Shown here piece by piece: positions 9,368 to 23,499 of a stretch of DNA of 46,314 nucleotides; the first letter of the stretch is position 1, and each line of letters begins with the position of its first letter. The notes under the pieces were generated by a model that saw only the letters and a list, made by a program, of their open reading frames with translations, did no database searches and had not been told where the DNA came from. The stretch covers positions 1-46,314 of the forward strand of contig UYFQ01000293.1 of NCBI GenBank assembly GCA_900617105.1, given 5' to 3'. The DNA is from Hydrurus foetidus (lineage: Eukaryota). The position numbers and the translations under genes were made by a program.

Positions 9368-10113
9368 TCTGCTACACCAGGTGAGGCACTTCTAACGATT
9401 ATGTATCAATATATGATTCATCAAGTGAATCGGCTAGTGGGCATAATAAAATGTTCAAATACGTCGAAAATTCACTGTATTTATGAAAAAAATCCTATTA
9501 TTTTGCGACTCCACCTCTCAATTTCGACAAATAATTACGGAAAGTAGTTATTTAATGACTTCAAAATTGCCGAGATTTACAGAAATAGAGAGTACGAATG
9601 CTGAATACCTATTGCAGAGGAATGTAGATAGTATCGAAACTGATAGAGGAGTGGTAAAATGATCAAGCATATAAATGAACATGAAAATTGTTTTATTTAA
9701 CACAGGACAATCTGCAGCAGATTGTATGCTACACACAACTTATAATTGAGATTTTTATGACTCTATCGGCAAAAATTTCGCGGTAATGTAGTCATATAAT
9801 AGAAAAAAGGAAAAAGACAAAGAAACTTGAGGTACCCCACAAGACACAAGACGAACGGAAGAACCACCAGGATACCGTATACCGTATACTGTATACTACG
9901 GTATAAACTGTGCACTGTACGTTGTACGTCACCAGTCACCAATCTCCTGCACAAAGTTTGTCACCAGTAGAATAGTTGCCATTTACCATCCTTATTACAG
10001 GGTACACCTGTGAGCAGTTCGCGCAGCAACTGACAAATTCTGAATCCAAAGCGGCGGCTATGAATTTTTGATAGGCAGAAGAAAGCGTGTAAGACAATAA
10101 TCTGATAAGTACC

Positions 10114-13100
10114 ATGGAGGGAATCTTGCAGAACATCCTTATCAATACGTACAATCCAGACAAGGACCTTCGTACACAAGCTGAGGATGCGTTGAAGAAT
10201 TTCATCTTCGCGAAAGGTGACAGCTGACAGATTGTCGACAAATACTGAACGACTCTCTAACAAAAATTTGCTCGACTACTTAGGTGCAATTTTTGTCCTG
10301 TTATCTCTTGTGGGTGACCAAAGCATCCACCGTGATCTGCGTCAAGCAGGTATGATGTCGATTGACTCGCTGATTTCGTCTTGAAGAATTCTTTCGCATT
10401 TAAAGTATTGTGGCGAAAGCCACTTCGAGATCGAGAATTACAATCGACAATCATTGCAGCTCAAAAATGCGTGATCTCACCTTCGCTCTCACGTTGATAG
10501 ATATTCACTTGTGTCAACTTCGATCTGCTCATTGAATTACAGCCGATTACTGAAGCTTGAAAACAATCTACTCATACTGGATACAAAACTCTTCCAGGTG
10601 TTATCAGCATCAAAAATAAGATCACTGAGTTATATGCTGGAAACGAGGCGTTTTATTCAGCAGAACGGAAGATTCCTCTGATTGATTTAACATTGGACGA
10701 GAAGGCGAACGTCAAAACGGGTCTTCTTACTGTGTTGTTAAATGAAAATGACAACTCGATCAAGGGTCTTCTGGCTGAATGTATCAAAGCTGTGGCAGAA
10801 ATTGATTTTCCAGAAAGGTTTGTTCTCAGCGACCAATAGAAACCTCTATCAACGTGTGGAATGATACCTCTTTCATGTTAGCATTAATGTCGAAGTAAAG
10901 CTTCCTAAGAAATCATGTTAGTTAAATAGATTTCGTGACTGTACGCCAGCTAACAAAAAGACTGATTCTTGTCTTGTTGGCTTTTGGAAAGTAATTATCT
11001 TCGTCAATTTTGTGATTAATATCTCAACATTCCTAACATGATGTTGAGGGAAGTATGACATTAATTTTGTTCGGAACCAAAAATCTTATTCAGTTAAATT
11101 TTATTCTAATGTAATCTTAATTTGCATCATATTTACCCACAGATGGCCTGAGTTAGTACCGACTCTTTTGGCTCAAATTGACAATCCAGATGTATTGAGA
11201 GTTTACAACTCTCTTCTTGCGCTCAGAAAACTAGTCAAGAGATACGAATATAAAGCAAAGTGAGTCAGAACGAAATCTTAATTTTTAATGGTCAATTTCT
11301 ATTGTACTTCGTTCTTTTGACTCTGTCTTCATTATCTAAATTGAATTCAAATATCGGATAAATATTGAAACGTTTTATTATCATAGAACGTTGCGAACAA
11401 ATTTAAAATAACTTTACTAAAATTGCTATTTTGTAAATGTGACATATTTTTATGCGTTTTTTTTTAAATATCAGAGAACAGCGCGGGCCATTGGACGATA
11501 TTGTGCAAGTATCCTTTCCAATGCTTCAACGACTTATGGTGCAATTACTTGAGAACAACTCTTTGGAAGCAGCCAATGTGATGAGAGTGAGTTTGAAAAT
11601 ATTTTGGTCAGCAACTATTTACAATCTCCCAAAAGCACAAGGTACTATTTATACCGATTTAATCAACAGTTATTCATCAAGATTTTGTTCATTTAATGTA
11701 TCGAATCTAATCTCTCATTTCTGTCACATTATCTATGTTTATATGATTTGATATGTTTATTTTTTTCACGTTATTTGACAAAAATCTTTCAAAAATTTAA
11801 TGTATTTTTTCTGATGTAATTCTAGGTGTCGATGTCAGCGCCTGGTTTCAAATAATTGGACGAATTCTGCAAAAGGTTTGCTAATAAATAGTCTTACAGT
11901 CGCACTATTTATTCCGTTTATGATATCACTTTCTTTTCCGCTTTTTGATGCGCTATTCCTATTTCGTTGAAATTTTCCCTAATTGACTAAATGCACTATT
12001 GGCCACAGCATTCATATTATTCTCAATAGAATATTGAACAAAAGATGTATGCAACGCACTAGTTGGGTGTAATTCGCGAGTTGCACTTTGTAGATGCTTG
12101 TATTACGCAATCAGATGGCAAATTACGTGTAAAACCGTTCTGCAATGTTTTTTTAACTCCTTTTTGTTTTCTTTTTCCCTTTTTTCTTAGGAACTTCCTG
12201 AGTCTTCGGAAGGACTCGAACCCAGGGGTCAGCCGCTGAGTCTGGAGGATCGGAAGGTGTGGCCCTGGTGGAAGGTACGCACGTACAGTATAGCAAGTCA
12301 GAATACAGGGTAGTATGGTGTAGTGTAAAGCAGTATAGTGTAGTGTAGCATAGTATAGTACAGAATAGTACAGTACAGTAAAGTATAGTACAGGTAGAAC
12401 AGAATACGTTACAGTACGGTACAGATAGTTGATGTTCATGAAGCCATGTGAATGGATACATCATTCAGCACAGATTAATTATGTTTAGAATATGATGATT
12501 GCGACACCTCACAGACACGTCATGATCATGACTCGATATTAATGAATACTATTCTTTGGTACAGATAAATTACTTGGCAGTATTTCTTGTTTGCATTTTG
12601 TGCGAATGTGTTACATTACACATCGCAAAAAACGGCATCTGAATTTTCTCAAAAAGAAACTAGTACTACCGTGACAGAATAAAATATCCGAGAATTTAAA
12701 CGAATCCAAGGTGGAAATGGTGATTTCAACAGTGCTCAAACCTGTTTGTTTTGGACATTTTATTCTGTCTCCGTAATACTTTTTGACACTTTTTGACGAT
12801 AGTAATATTTTCATTTTATATATATGCAGCACAACATATAACTTATTTGCGATTCATTCTTATTATCGTATGCGACTCATCACCTCTGAATTCATCAAAA
12901 TTTATAATCACTTCATTTTATTTTTTATTTTAGTTGAAAAAATGGGCTGCTAGACTTGCAAGCCATTTTATTCAGGTAAGAAAAATACGGAAATAGATAA
13001 AAAAAATTGTATCAATATGTTTATTATGTGGTACTGATGAAATGCTGTCTGTCATGTGTTGCGTAGTGTGCAGTATTATATCGCATTTTGTGTAGATGTG

Positions 13101-16100
13101 CTACGCAGTATGTGGTGATCGGCTACATGTGTTTGTTGATGTCAAGATGTGTTTCGTTAGATCGGTTGCATGTGTTTGTTAGTCAGTACTGACAAGATTA
13201 CGAACAATCATATATGTGTTATTTGTGTGTTTGTTTGTGCACATGTATTTGTGCACGATTGTAAGTAAGTAAGTACGTATGTAACAAAGTGTGTGTATGT
13301 ATGCATGTATGCATTTTTCTTTTTACAGTATTTTGTCGTTTGTGATTAACAACAAATTGAATTAAGTACCTACTGCTTATACACGACACACATCTTCACA
13401 TTCACACTCACTCAAAAACACACTCTCAAAATCACTGAATTGATCTATTTTCCGTATCAGCGTTATGGCAATCCTAGATATGCTGGATCAGAATACGAGG
13501 CATTTGCTAACTATTTTAAGAGCAATATCGCATCCAGTCTACTGGGACCTATAATGAATACTCTCGCACTAAAATCAAGAGGGAGATTTGTTACAGGTAA
13601 GTTCATTCTTTATTTTACGATTTGTTTCAGTGTAGTACGCTACTTGGCATGTTTGCCTCTTTTCTTACATCAATTTTTTTTTGTTATCACTCTTTTGTAG
13701 TCTTTTGTTTCCCACTATTGGGAATATTAAAAAGTTCCGTTTTTAAATTGCTTGAGCTTTATCTCAAACAATACTGTGTGTGTATAGGTAAAGTGTAAAA
13801 TGCCGGAATATAGAAGAAAACAAGTCATAGATTACGCAGTGCATAACATATCTGATTTACATGTGACATATTTGACGCAACACTATACAACATTAAAAAA
13901 AAACACCACACCAACAGCACAGCACAGCACACCACTAGCAGTACAACAGTAACAACACCATACTTCTCAATGCAGATGATGTGCACCGTCTGTCTCTGGC
14001 CTACATGGCATCCTGTGTGGAAATGAGCGTAACGTACAAAGAGCTCAAGCCACATCTGGATTTCATCATTTTCGCTGTTATCTTTCCAACCCTCTGCCTC
14101 ACAGCTGCCGACATCGCGTACGTACTTACTCATTTAAATTTCGTACTTGCTAATCTAATGTTGCGTATATGCTATTTTTTTTGTGGATCAAGTGTCGTGT
14201 TCTTATCTATTTTGTTGAATACTTTTTCCTTTTTCTCATTCCTCTTTGCTATTCGCTTTTTTTCCTTCTTTCTATCTTTCTTTTTTTCTTTCTTTCTTTC
14301 TTTCTTTCTTTTTACTGCTTTCCATTTTTCTCTTTTTTTCCAGATTATTTTCCTCCGATCCAGTGGACTTTGTCAGAAAGGTGGCTACACAATTTTATGC
14401 ATCAATGTGAATGCAACGGTCATTTCTGTTTTGGTTACTAGCAGCATAATATTGCTTATTGTTTTAAAGTTCTGATGATGCAATATGTATCCACAATATC
14501 AATTGTGTGTTAAACACTTATAAAATTGAGTTATCCTACAATTGAAAACACAAAGATACATTTTTTAGAATTAAAATTAAATTAACACCACCTGCTCAAA
14601 AATATTGTCAACCCATTTTGTGTTTTCTTCTTTTCTTCTTTTTTACTTTTCATTCCTTTTTTGTTTGGAATCAGATTCATGATCCTTCTGAAGATTGGCT
14701 GGATCCACGAATCGCTGCTGTGAATTTATTGCAGATGCTCGCACGATATAGACAGAAGGATACTCTGCCTTTACTGATTCCGTTTATACTGGGTAAGTCT
14801 AATTAATTGATATTTCTCAAGTAACGTTTTCTCCCTCAGAATTCTACAACACATCATTTTCTTTTTTTGTCTTCTACTCTTGAGACATAAACAATTAAGC
14901 TGTTTTTACTCTACACATTTTTGTTTTTGTTTCACTGCTCATTCTAAATTGAAGCTACTTTGATGCTCAATGTACCGCTCCGAAAATTGATTTCTTATTT
15001 TTGGTTCCTTCTCTTTTTAGATTCTCTTACAGTATTCGCAAGCTCGCCTCCCGAGTCTCGAGATTATCAGAAAAAAGATGGAGTGTTAGTTGCAATTGCT
15101 ACGATATTCAAGATATTAAACGAGAGCAAGGTGTACAAATCTATATTGGAGCCGATTGTGTTGGATCATATTATACCAGAATTGCAGGTAGCACTTACAC
15201 AGTTGTATTTTTTATGTCATACTGGAGTGATGGGTAAGATGTACACTGTTTTATTTCAACATTTTCTGGAATTGTAGGTTACATTTTATACGGATTAATG
15301 TAAACTATTTCATGTGTGCCGTTATGTTTGTTACCGTTTTCTCGTGATGTTTATTTGAATCGTACTTTTCATTCATTTGTATGCGTCTACAGACAAGAAG
15401 AACAATTTGCATTTTGATCAAATTTTGTCAAGAATTTTTTTATCATCTCCTGATAGATACAATTTGTAATTTTCTGTGATTACTTTAATATGTTAAGGTT
15501 TGAAAAATAACACATTAGAAATAAAAAATGACATACTCAACTAAATTTCTCTCTGAACGTATGCTACAGTCTCCTGTGGCGTACTTACGATCTCGAGCAT
15601 GCTGGGTAATTGAGTACGTCAGTGAAATGTCTTTCTCCAACCCGACTACGCTTCAAGCAATCTTAAAAGTAAGAATTGAAATCGTATATAAGAAATCTGA
15701 AATCTGAAATTATTTTTGAAAATAGAATTGCGATTTTTTTAATCCTTTTTCCACGGTAGGAATTTACAGGTTTTTTGTGTCGTTTGCGTGCATGTATTTA
15801 TGAACACCGTCAAATATGTTTGCAGCTCATCTTATAGATTGTAAAGTAGAGGACATCCGTACTATTGCGGTTTATTTTGTGATTCAATAAAACAAATAAT
15901 ATTTAATTGCAACCAAACATTGTATTTATTAATTGCATATTAATTGTATTAGTACGTAATGAATATTTTGTGACGCAATATTTAATTGTGCATGACAAAC
16001 ATCGTCACAGTATTGAGTGACCCCGGAAAAGAAAAAATCTAGGATTCTATTCGAAAAAATAGACTTTCAGCTGGAATTTAGACAAGGGAGGGTCGTCTAG

Positions 16101-19100
16101 ATTTTCGATAGAATCCAAGACTTTTTCTTTTCCGGGGTAACCCATTATGTTGTACCGTATTTGATTATACCGTACCTAATTTACGTATACCGTATTTATT
16201 TGTACCATACTTAATTACACCGTATTTAGGGACTTTTAACGGGTTTACGGGATCCTGCTCTTCCGGTACAGGCGGCTGCTGCTTGTTCAATGAGGTGACT
16301 GTCGCACTAAATTTAATTTTCTCTTTTTTGCTTTTTATATTTCTGACACAAATGAATTTACATCACAATGTCTGTTTATCTCGATTCCCCTGTCCACTCT
16401 TTCGACTCTTGTTTATCATACGATTACATGAGTAACATTTGAATATGAATGAAACGGATAAACTGAAAAATACTTGTGAACGATAATTGTGTTCTGATAC
16501 ATCAGTCATTATGAAACAACAGATTTTAAAAGAAAAAACGCTAGCGCTCTGTAATTGTGTGATAAGATATCGCAGCACAACACATTAGACAGCTAACAGA
16601 CAACGCCATAACCTTCGAAGTCAATTATCACTTTTATGTATCCCATTACAGTACAGCATATAAAGATAAAATATGGTGATCACATCGCACAACACATAAC
16701 ACCTTTAAAAGGACTTCAAAATTCCTCATCTTGCCGTGACTTATTGACTAATGAAATAGAAAATGAGAAATGGTAACAAAAATTAATGATAATGAGCGAT
16801 AATTAACAAATAGATAACATAAAATAAAATGTACCAAATTAATTTTAAAACCATTATCATTCAGGACATTAATTTCCCTTGAGGGTGCTGCCGATTTGCT
16901 TCAAGCCTATCTCCCTGAAATAGTATCAGAATACTTCAGAATAATGGACGAGGTAGAGAACGATGCAGTGCTCTCTGCTTTACAGGTAATGTCCTACTAA
17001 ATATTGTTTGTTATTTGAACTTTATCCCTCATTTTTTATCTGTACCTGTCCCCCTCCCCCTCTCACACACTCTCTCTTCTACACATACTCTCTGTCACTC
17101 TCTCTCACATACACACACTAACTCTTTCACTCACACAAACACACTCCCTCACCCCCCACCCCACACACATACACACTCACACTCACCCCTCCCAACACTC
17201 TATCTCACACACACACACACACAGTGCATCGTGGAGCAGTTCGGAGAGGGCATCGCAGACCTCGCTCCAAGTATGGTGTCAAATCTGCTGCGCGCATTCC
17301 AAACGTACGCAAACAACGGTGAGTACGTACAGATTACACACATGCCTATGCACCTACCTGTGTCTTTTCGAAGACCCCCTATTTTTTTGAATGTGGACTG
17401 TTAAAGAGAATTTCGTATCACTCGAAAGCCTTCTTGTGTTTTGTTGTTTAGGCTACACGCTCTTCTCTCGATTCTCCTCACATCATTTCTCTGCCCCCTC
17501 ATCTTTCCTCTTTGAATATTACCTCCCACCTATTCCCTCACATTTTTGGACTCCATTATTTGCTCTTGAGTCGAGTTGCTGATATCTATCTGACACTGAA
17601 CTCTCTCCACTCGTTTCTCTTTTTTCCCCTTCCTCGTGCAGATGATGATGACGAAGGAGCATTCAGCGCTTGTCAGTGCTTGGACACGATAGGAAGTGTG
17701 CTCGATGCGGTGCAAGAAAGAGGAGATATCATGGCTCAGCTGGAAGTGATTGTTATCCCCATGATGATGAAGTGAGTCTTGTGTTATTTCATGTGATGTG
17801 ATCTGATGTGGAATAGAGTGATGTAATGACATGTCGTGATGTTTCATGACATGTGACACTGATGATGATGAACTGAGTCTTATGACATGCATGACGTGAT
17901 ATCGCTGTGATGTGATGTGATATCGCTGTGATGTGATGTGATGTCATGTGACGTGTTATGATGTCGTATCAGGCAGGGTGATTCATGTGATGTTGAGTTG
18001 TGCAGTGTCTCAATAATATTCATGAGTTTGATTCCTACCAAAGTGATGGTCATGCAGCCTAACAGTACCACAAAGGAAGGATAGTGATTCATTCTTTTTT
18101 GTGTGCGCACACACTGTCTTTCTCATTGATATTTTATATTTCTTCAATGTCAAAATGACTGCGATTAGCAGGATGAACTTGTTGCATTCCTAATATCAGG
18201 AGCGCTCATACACGCATGCGATGTCAGCAACATGCACTTCCTCTTCTTTTTCTTTCCTCCTCTTCTTTTTCTTTCCTCTCCTCTTTGTGTCCTCTTCCCA
18301 CCTCCTCTCACCCCTTCTCCAGTTTCCTTCCAAAGATATCTTATCCCCTTTGCAATGCGCACCCACCTATCGGGTCTTTCTGATATTGGCAATCGAATCT
18401 CAAATAACATTTTACCAATCTCGTCCCTACTCTCTCTCTCAATGTAGCTCACTCGCACATTCACTCATCCACTCTTTCACAATCCTTCCTTTTTTCTCTA
18501 GAATAATGGCTGACGAAAATTTCGAGTATTTGGATAATGTGATACAAATGATGTCATACTTCACGTACTACTCGGAAGGTAACAAATACGGATTCTATCA
18601 GCATATTCTGTATTCTCATTTTGTTTTCTTCTTCCTCATTTATTCTGTATTTGTCTTCAAGACTTTTCTTTTTTTCTGTTTTTATTTCCTGGGAAATAAA
18701 TTCTCTTCCTTTTAATTTATTTGGTCCTATTTCATTTATTCTTATTTTGTTTCTTTCTATCGCATTTTATCTACACCCATCTTACTTCGACCTGTTTTCT
18801 ATTTGTGTTTTTTCATCCTCATTCTTATTTAATCGTATTTTACTTTATATTACCAGGAGTGTCAGCGACTGTGTGGACATTATGCGGACCGTTCCTAAAG
18901 GTATAAAAGAATTCACTTTTATCTCCTGTACGAAAGTGTTACACTTTTATCTCCTGTACAAAAGTTTAACACTGTCATCTCCTACCACAATCCTTCAATT
19001 CGTACATCCACTTTTGCGTTTCTTTACGCTCCTACTTTCTGTACTAGAAATTATTCTGAATGTCTCCCTTTTTCAATTTTTCATTCTTTAACTTTTTATT

Positions 19101-22100
19101 TTCCCTCTTTCACTTTTTCTGGTAACTAGCGTCTTACAATTTTAAGTGATATCTATACATTCCCCATCCTTATATGTTGTACCGTTATTTTCTACACTTT
19201 TTTACTCCAGTCGATGACTACATGGACGTATGACTACACGAGCGAAATCATGGTTTGCATTCTGAACTACATATCAAAGGTGAATGGCAGACTAAATCTA
19301 CGATATCCGTATAACACGTATTTCTTTTTTTTCAAGTGCTGCGGAAATCTTTTACGAGTATTCGTACGTACGCTTGTTGTACATTTGGTTGAATATTCCA
19401 TGATATTATATCTGATTAATTGCAGCGCAACTTTCACAGATTTTTTTATGACCTTTGTTACATACTGTGCATACAAGTACGCAAAATATTTATGATGCCA
19501 TTTTTCGTATTCCTTTTCCCATTTTTGTATTCTTTTCCTTATATTTTGATGCACATGTCAGAATTTCCGTACTTGTTGTTGTATTTGTATTGTAGCTTGT
19601 CTTTTTCTATTACGTACTCATCTACATATGCCGATTACAGACCAATTCTTTTTCCAGCAAGAACACATGCGCATCTTGATCATTCATTACATCTAGTATA
19701 TCACTGTTGCATCATCACCGTTTATTTTATGTCTTTAAATTACTCATACTACGTAGGATGTGTCCACCTTCTTGAGCGGATCGTTTGAGAACGTACCGTA
19801 CGTCACTATGCTTCTTTCTCTCGTTGAAAAAGCGTTCGGAGAAGACACGTACGTATTGTAACGTACCGCACTTTGCCGTACTTACAGAGAATGACATCTT
19901 TCTCGTATATTCAGGAAATGAGCTATGTCATTGACAGAACCTTTTTAATTGTGGTAAAATACATCGTATGCTGATCTGTGTCGTTCCCATTGACTAGGTG
20001 TGCATTGAATAGATGTACAGTATGCATTTGTCTTCTCTCCTTCCGTGACATCTTAGCGCTTCTTGTTTGGGTATCTCGATGCCTTGTCCATGCAACACAT
20101 TCATCTTATTTCAATTCAGTTGTGCTGGCGAAGGGGAGCAAGAAACAGACACCCTGGACTAACCCTTTTCTTCTTCTCATTTTACACCATTTAATTCAAT
20201 ATTACCCGCAGAGGAGAGCAGGAGAGAGAAGCGAAGGCGGCAGCGACTATGTTGACTTGTCTTCTCTCTTGTTCGAAAGGAAACAACACACAACTCACAG
20301 GTACGCGTATGTACGCGTGTGTGTGTACGAGTGTGTATGTATGTATGCGTGTATAAGTGTGTGTATATATTTACGTATTCATGTATGTGTGAATGTATGT
20401 ACGAGTACATGTGTATGCGTTTGTATGTATGGTGTGTGTGTGTTTGTGTGTGTGTATATGTATGTGTATACGTGTGTGATTATGTATGCACACGTGTATG
20501 TATGTAAGTGCGTAAGAACGTACGTATTTATTTATACATCTACGAGTTTATGTGTATAGTATCTCAGTATCATAATTTTCTTCTATTCGTCATTCAATAT
20601 TGGAACAACTTCCTAGCTCTGTGCAACACCAACACTCCTCAATAATCTCCCCCCTCATATCTTAACATTATATTCACCATTTCACCATTTTACCTCTCTT
20701 TCCATGATCACAATCGCACTTCAAGTTGTCCTTCCTGCCGTGCTCACTTTGGTCTTGGCCCGGTTACCTCAATGTCGCACATTGGCCCTGAGGGTTAAAG
20801 TGCTCGAGAACGCGATGAGTTGTATTTACTACGACCCTCTCGCTACTATAGCTGTACTGCACACAAGTGAGTGGAGAAAGTGTGGAAATATTAGAAATCT
20901 AATTTTCTTTGATGTTACTCAGCATTCGTTATTGATGTATTTTGTTCTTCGTTACTATCTAAGGTTTTATTTTTAATTTCTCTGTTTATTCTGCATAGAT
21001 TTGATTATTCTATTATTGTTTTTAGTTTTACTTTCCCACTACCCAGTATCCCTATTTATCCATTCTATTTTTTTTCACTTTATTTTTTATTTATTCTATT
21101 TTTGTTTTCATTTTTCATTTTATTTATTTCAGATCCCGATGCAGCTACTACATTGTTCACTACCTTGTTCGGAACGTTCCCTTCGATGGAGAATGACTCC
21201 ACTCAGCGATTGATTGTTCTTTCCCTCTCTTCCCTTCTCTCCCTTCCGACACATACATTACCTCATGCGGCCAAAGAAAATGTTCACAATATGTTCCAAC
21301 AAATAGTACGAGAATTGGTGTTTATAGAAGAGCAAAAAGTTAAAGATGATAATGGAGAGGGAGAAGATGACGATGATGATGAAGGGGACGATGATGGTGA
21401 GTTGTGCCTCATGCATCTATTAAAGATCGCATTAAAATGTATGCATCCAAGCATGCATAAATGTATGTAAGCGTACATGAAATACACGAACATTATTTTT
21501 GAATGAGGATACTACTACATCGCGATCTACTAACATGGGTTCGAACTGTCGGAATTTCAGGAATTTTCATTTTTTACATTTTTACTTTTGGTGTATTAGA
21601 CATATCCTATCCTATTTATTGTAATTGAAACCCCTTCATTTTTTCTACTTTCAGATGATATGAAAGACAGAGAAGGAGAAGAGGAGAATGACGATCTTGA
21701 ATCGGATGAGGATGAGGAAGAAAAGGGAAGCGGAAAAACATTCTCTAAATTAGATGGTAATTCAGTTTTTTGTGTGACCTCATTAAACCTTCGAGATGAA
21801 ATTCCAAACCTTTTTTTTCATGTTTCATGTCGCTAACTTTGTGATTGTCCTTTTGATGTCTACTTTAGCGCCTTTCTTATCTAAGCTTTTATTTCATTTT
21901 CTTGTACCCCCTTGACTTCTCACTGATTATTGGACAGAATTCTAGATCATTACGTTCTCGGGTTGCCCTTTGAATTCGTTCTGTTATTTATTGTCTATCT
22001 CCCTCCCTGTCTTCAACCTCACCCAATGATGTTCTCATCTGGTTCCACTCTAATCCATCCTTCCAATTCCGTTTTATTTTGATCCTGTTCTAATTCTATT

Positions 22101-22843
22101 TTGTATCATTATGTTTTATTTTGTTTTGATTTGTTTCAATTTGTTTTGATTTATTTTGTTTTGATTTATTTTACCCAGTTCCAGAAGGCGGTTACGGAGA
22201 GGAAGAAGATTGCATCAATGCAGAAGACGAAGAGTACAGAGCAGTGTTGGAGAGGATGGAAAAAGACGGTGACGACTTTCTACGACACATTATGCAAAAT
22301 GATACTGATAAATTATACATAATTCATTCTTAAATCGCAGAACAAAGTTAATTAGATGTACCCATCATCCCCAGCATAACAACTATATCCTGCCAATTAG
22401 AGCCATAGAGTTGTACCGTACTATATTTGACTGAGTAACGAACGCTATAACAACTTCTTCATCCTTTCCAATATAGTGTGTTGTTACGTTGGAAGTGATT
22501 CCTACAGTCACATGATTGATTATCATTGGCTTATTCTAGCACATGTTACTTATGACACACTAAATTATCATCACCTGTACGAACAGGAGTAAAACACACG
22601 AAGTACATTGATGGCGAGCCAGTGGATGACGAAGAAGACGACAATGAAGATTACATCTTCACCTCTCCTCTAGACAGCATGGACGTGTCTTCTTTTTTTC
22701 TGTCAACAATGGCAGAGGCGACATTGAGGGATCCTGGACTGGTGAATTCCTTGCAACAGGGGCTGAGTAATGAAGATAAATTAAGATTGAAAAGTATAGT
22801 TGAAGTTGTTGAAGTGAGGAGAGCTAGCGCTGTTACTGCTTAG
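10114..22843 (+). CDS. IPO7: Importin-7/8 (SAD2/Nmd5-like importin-beta family), about 28 GT-AG exons
   Basis: Hand-spliced exons give MEGILQNILINTYNPDKDLRTQAEDALKNF, IDFPERWPELVP, WPWWKLKKWAARL, RYGNPRY, DPVDFVRK, DYQKKDGVL, YLRSRACWV, LRDPALPVQAAAA and an acidic C-terminus. ATG at 10114, TAG at 22841-22843. First exons about 10114-10216, 10284-10349, 10598-10817, 11143-11259; last about 22587-22843. Internal boundaries are approximate. Confidence 0.9.
12310..12425. repeat. Degenerate pentanucleotide (TAGTA/TAGTG/CAGTA) simple repeat in an importin intron
   Basis: Visible 5-bp periodicity. Confidence 0.7.
16015..16143. mobile_element. ~129-bp MITE-like foldback element in an importin intron
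   Basis: Imperfect inverted arms of ~45-50 bp: ACCCCGGAAAAGAAAAA...GGATTCTAT..CGAAAA and its reverse complement ending at 16138-16143. ATT on both flanks. Confidence 0.65.
17060..17224. repeat. (CA)/(CT)-rich microsatellite in an intron
   Basis: CACACA and CTCTCT runs up to the AG acceptor at 17223-17224. Confidence 0.75.
17790..17965. repeat. Degenerate (GTGAT)n simple repeat in an intron
   Basis: Recurrent TGTGA/GTGAT pentamers. Confidence 0.7.
20300..20557. repeat. (TG/TA)n microsatellite-like intron tract
   Basis: Alternating purine-pyrimidine tract. Confidence 0.75.
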
Positions 22844-23499
22844 ATTAAATTAGATAATATCAAATCTATACTTAGACAAGTGATACTGTGATAACAATTT
22901 TGAATGCTGTCCTGTGTTAGTAAGATACAAAATCAAAGAAGCTAAAACTGAAAAGAAAAGAGATTTCATGGGGGATGAATGAATACAGAAGAGAAGGATA
23001 TGGTGTAATTAATGGTGTGCAATACGCAACGATGAATAGTATGGGTAATATTTTACGAGACTCGCCTCCCTCCTCGCCAGTTGGAAAGATACAGAACCGG
23101 ACTGGATAATATCAATTTTGTTTATCAAATATTATCCCAAAGAGGATCGCTAGTCTACACATACATTATGCATATTAAATTATATCTATGATCCCGACTC
23201 CCAACGGTATAAACTTGGCAAAGCTACCTCACAGAATACAGAACAAACACCGATTATAGACACATCATACAGAACGTCACCTAACAGACAACAACCAGGA
23301 CGAACGTCATTTCACATGGACATTCATTGTGTGTGAGGCTAGTCCCTGGAAATAGCATGTGGAAGATGTTCTCCGACAATGGTGAAGTGTCTCGATAAAT
23401 TCGTCATACTTTAATACCAGGTTGTACTTGAGAGAGGAGCAGCATCAGAGGGCATCGCCTGATTTCTTATTTCGAGTGACCAACTTACATCATCTCCTC

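Noticed and set aside
12059..22322. Many Phe/Leu-, Cys/Val- or His/Thr-rich ORFs inside the importin locus
   Set aside because: They are translations of low-complexity intron tracts or partial exon read-through.
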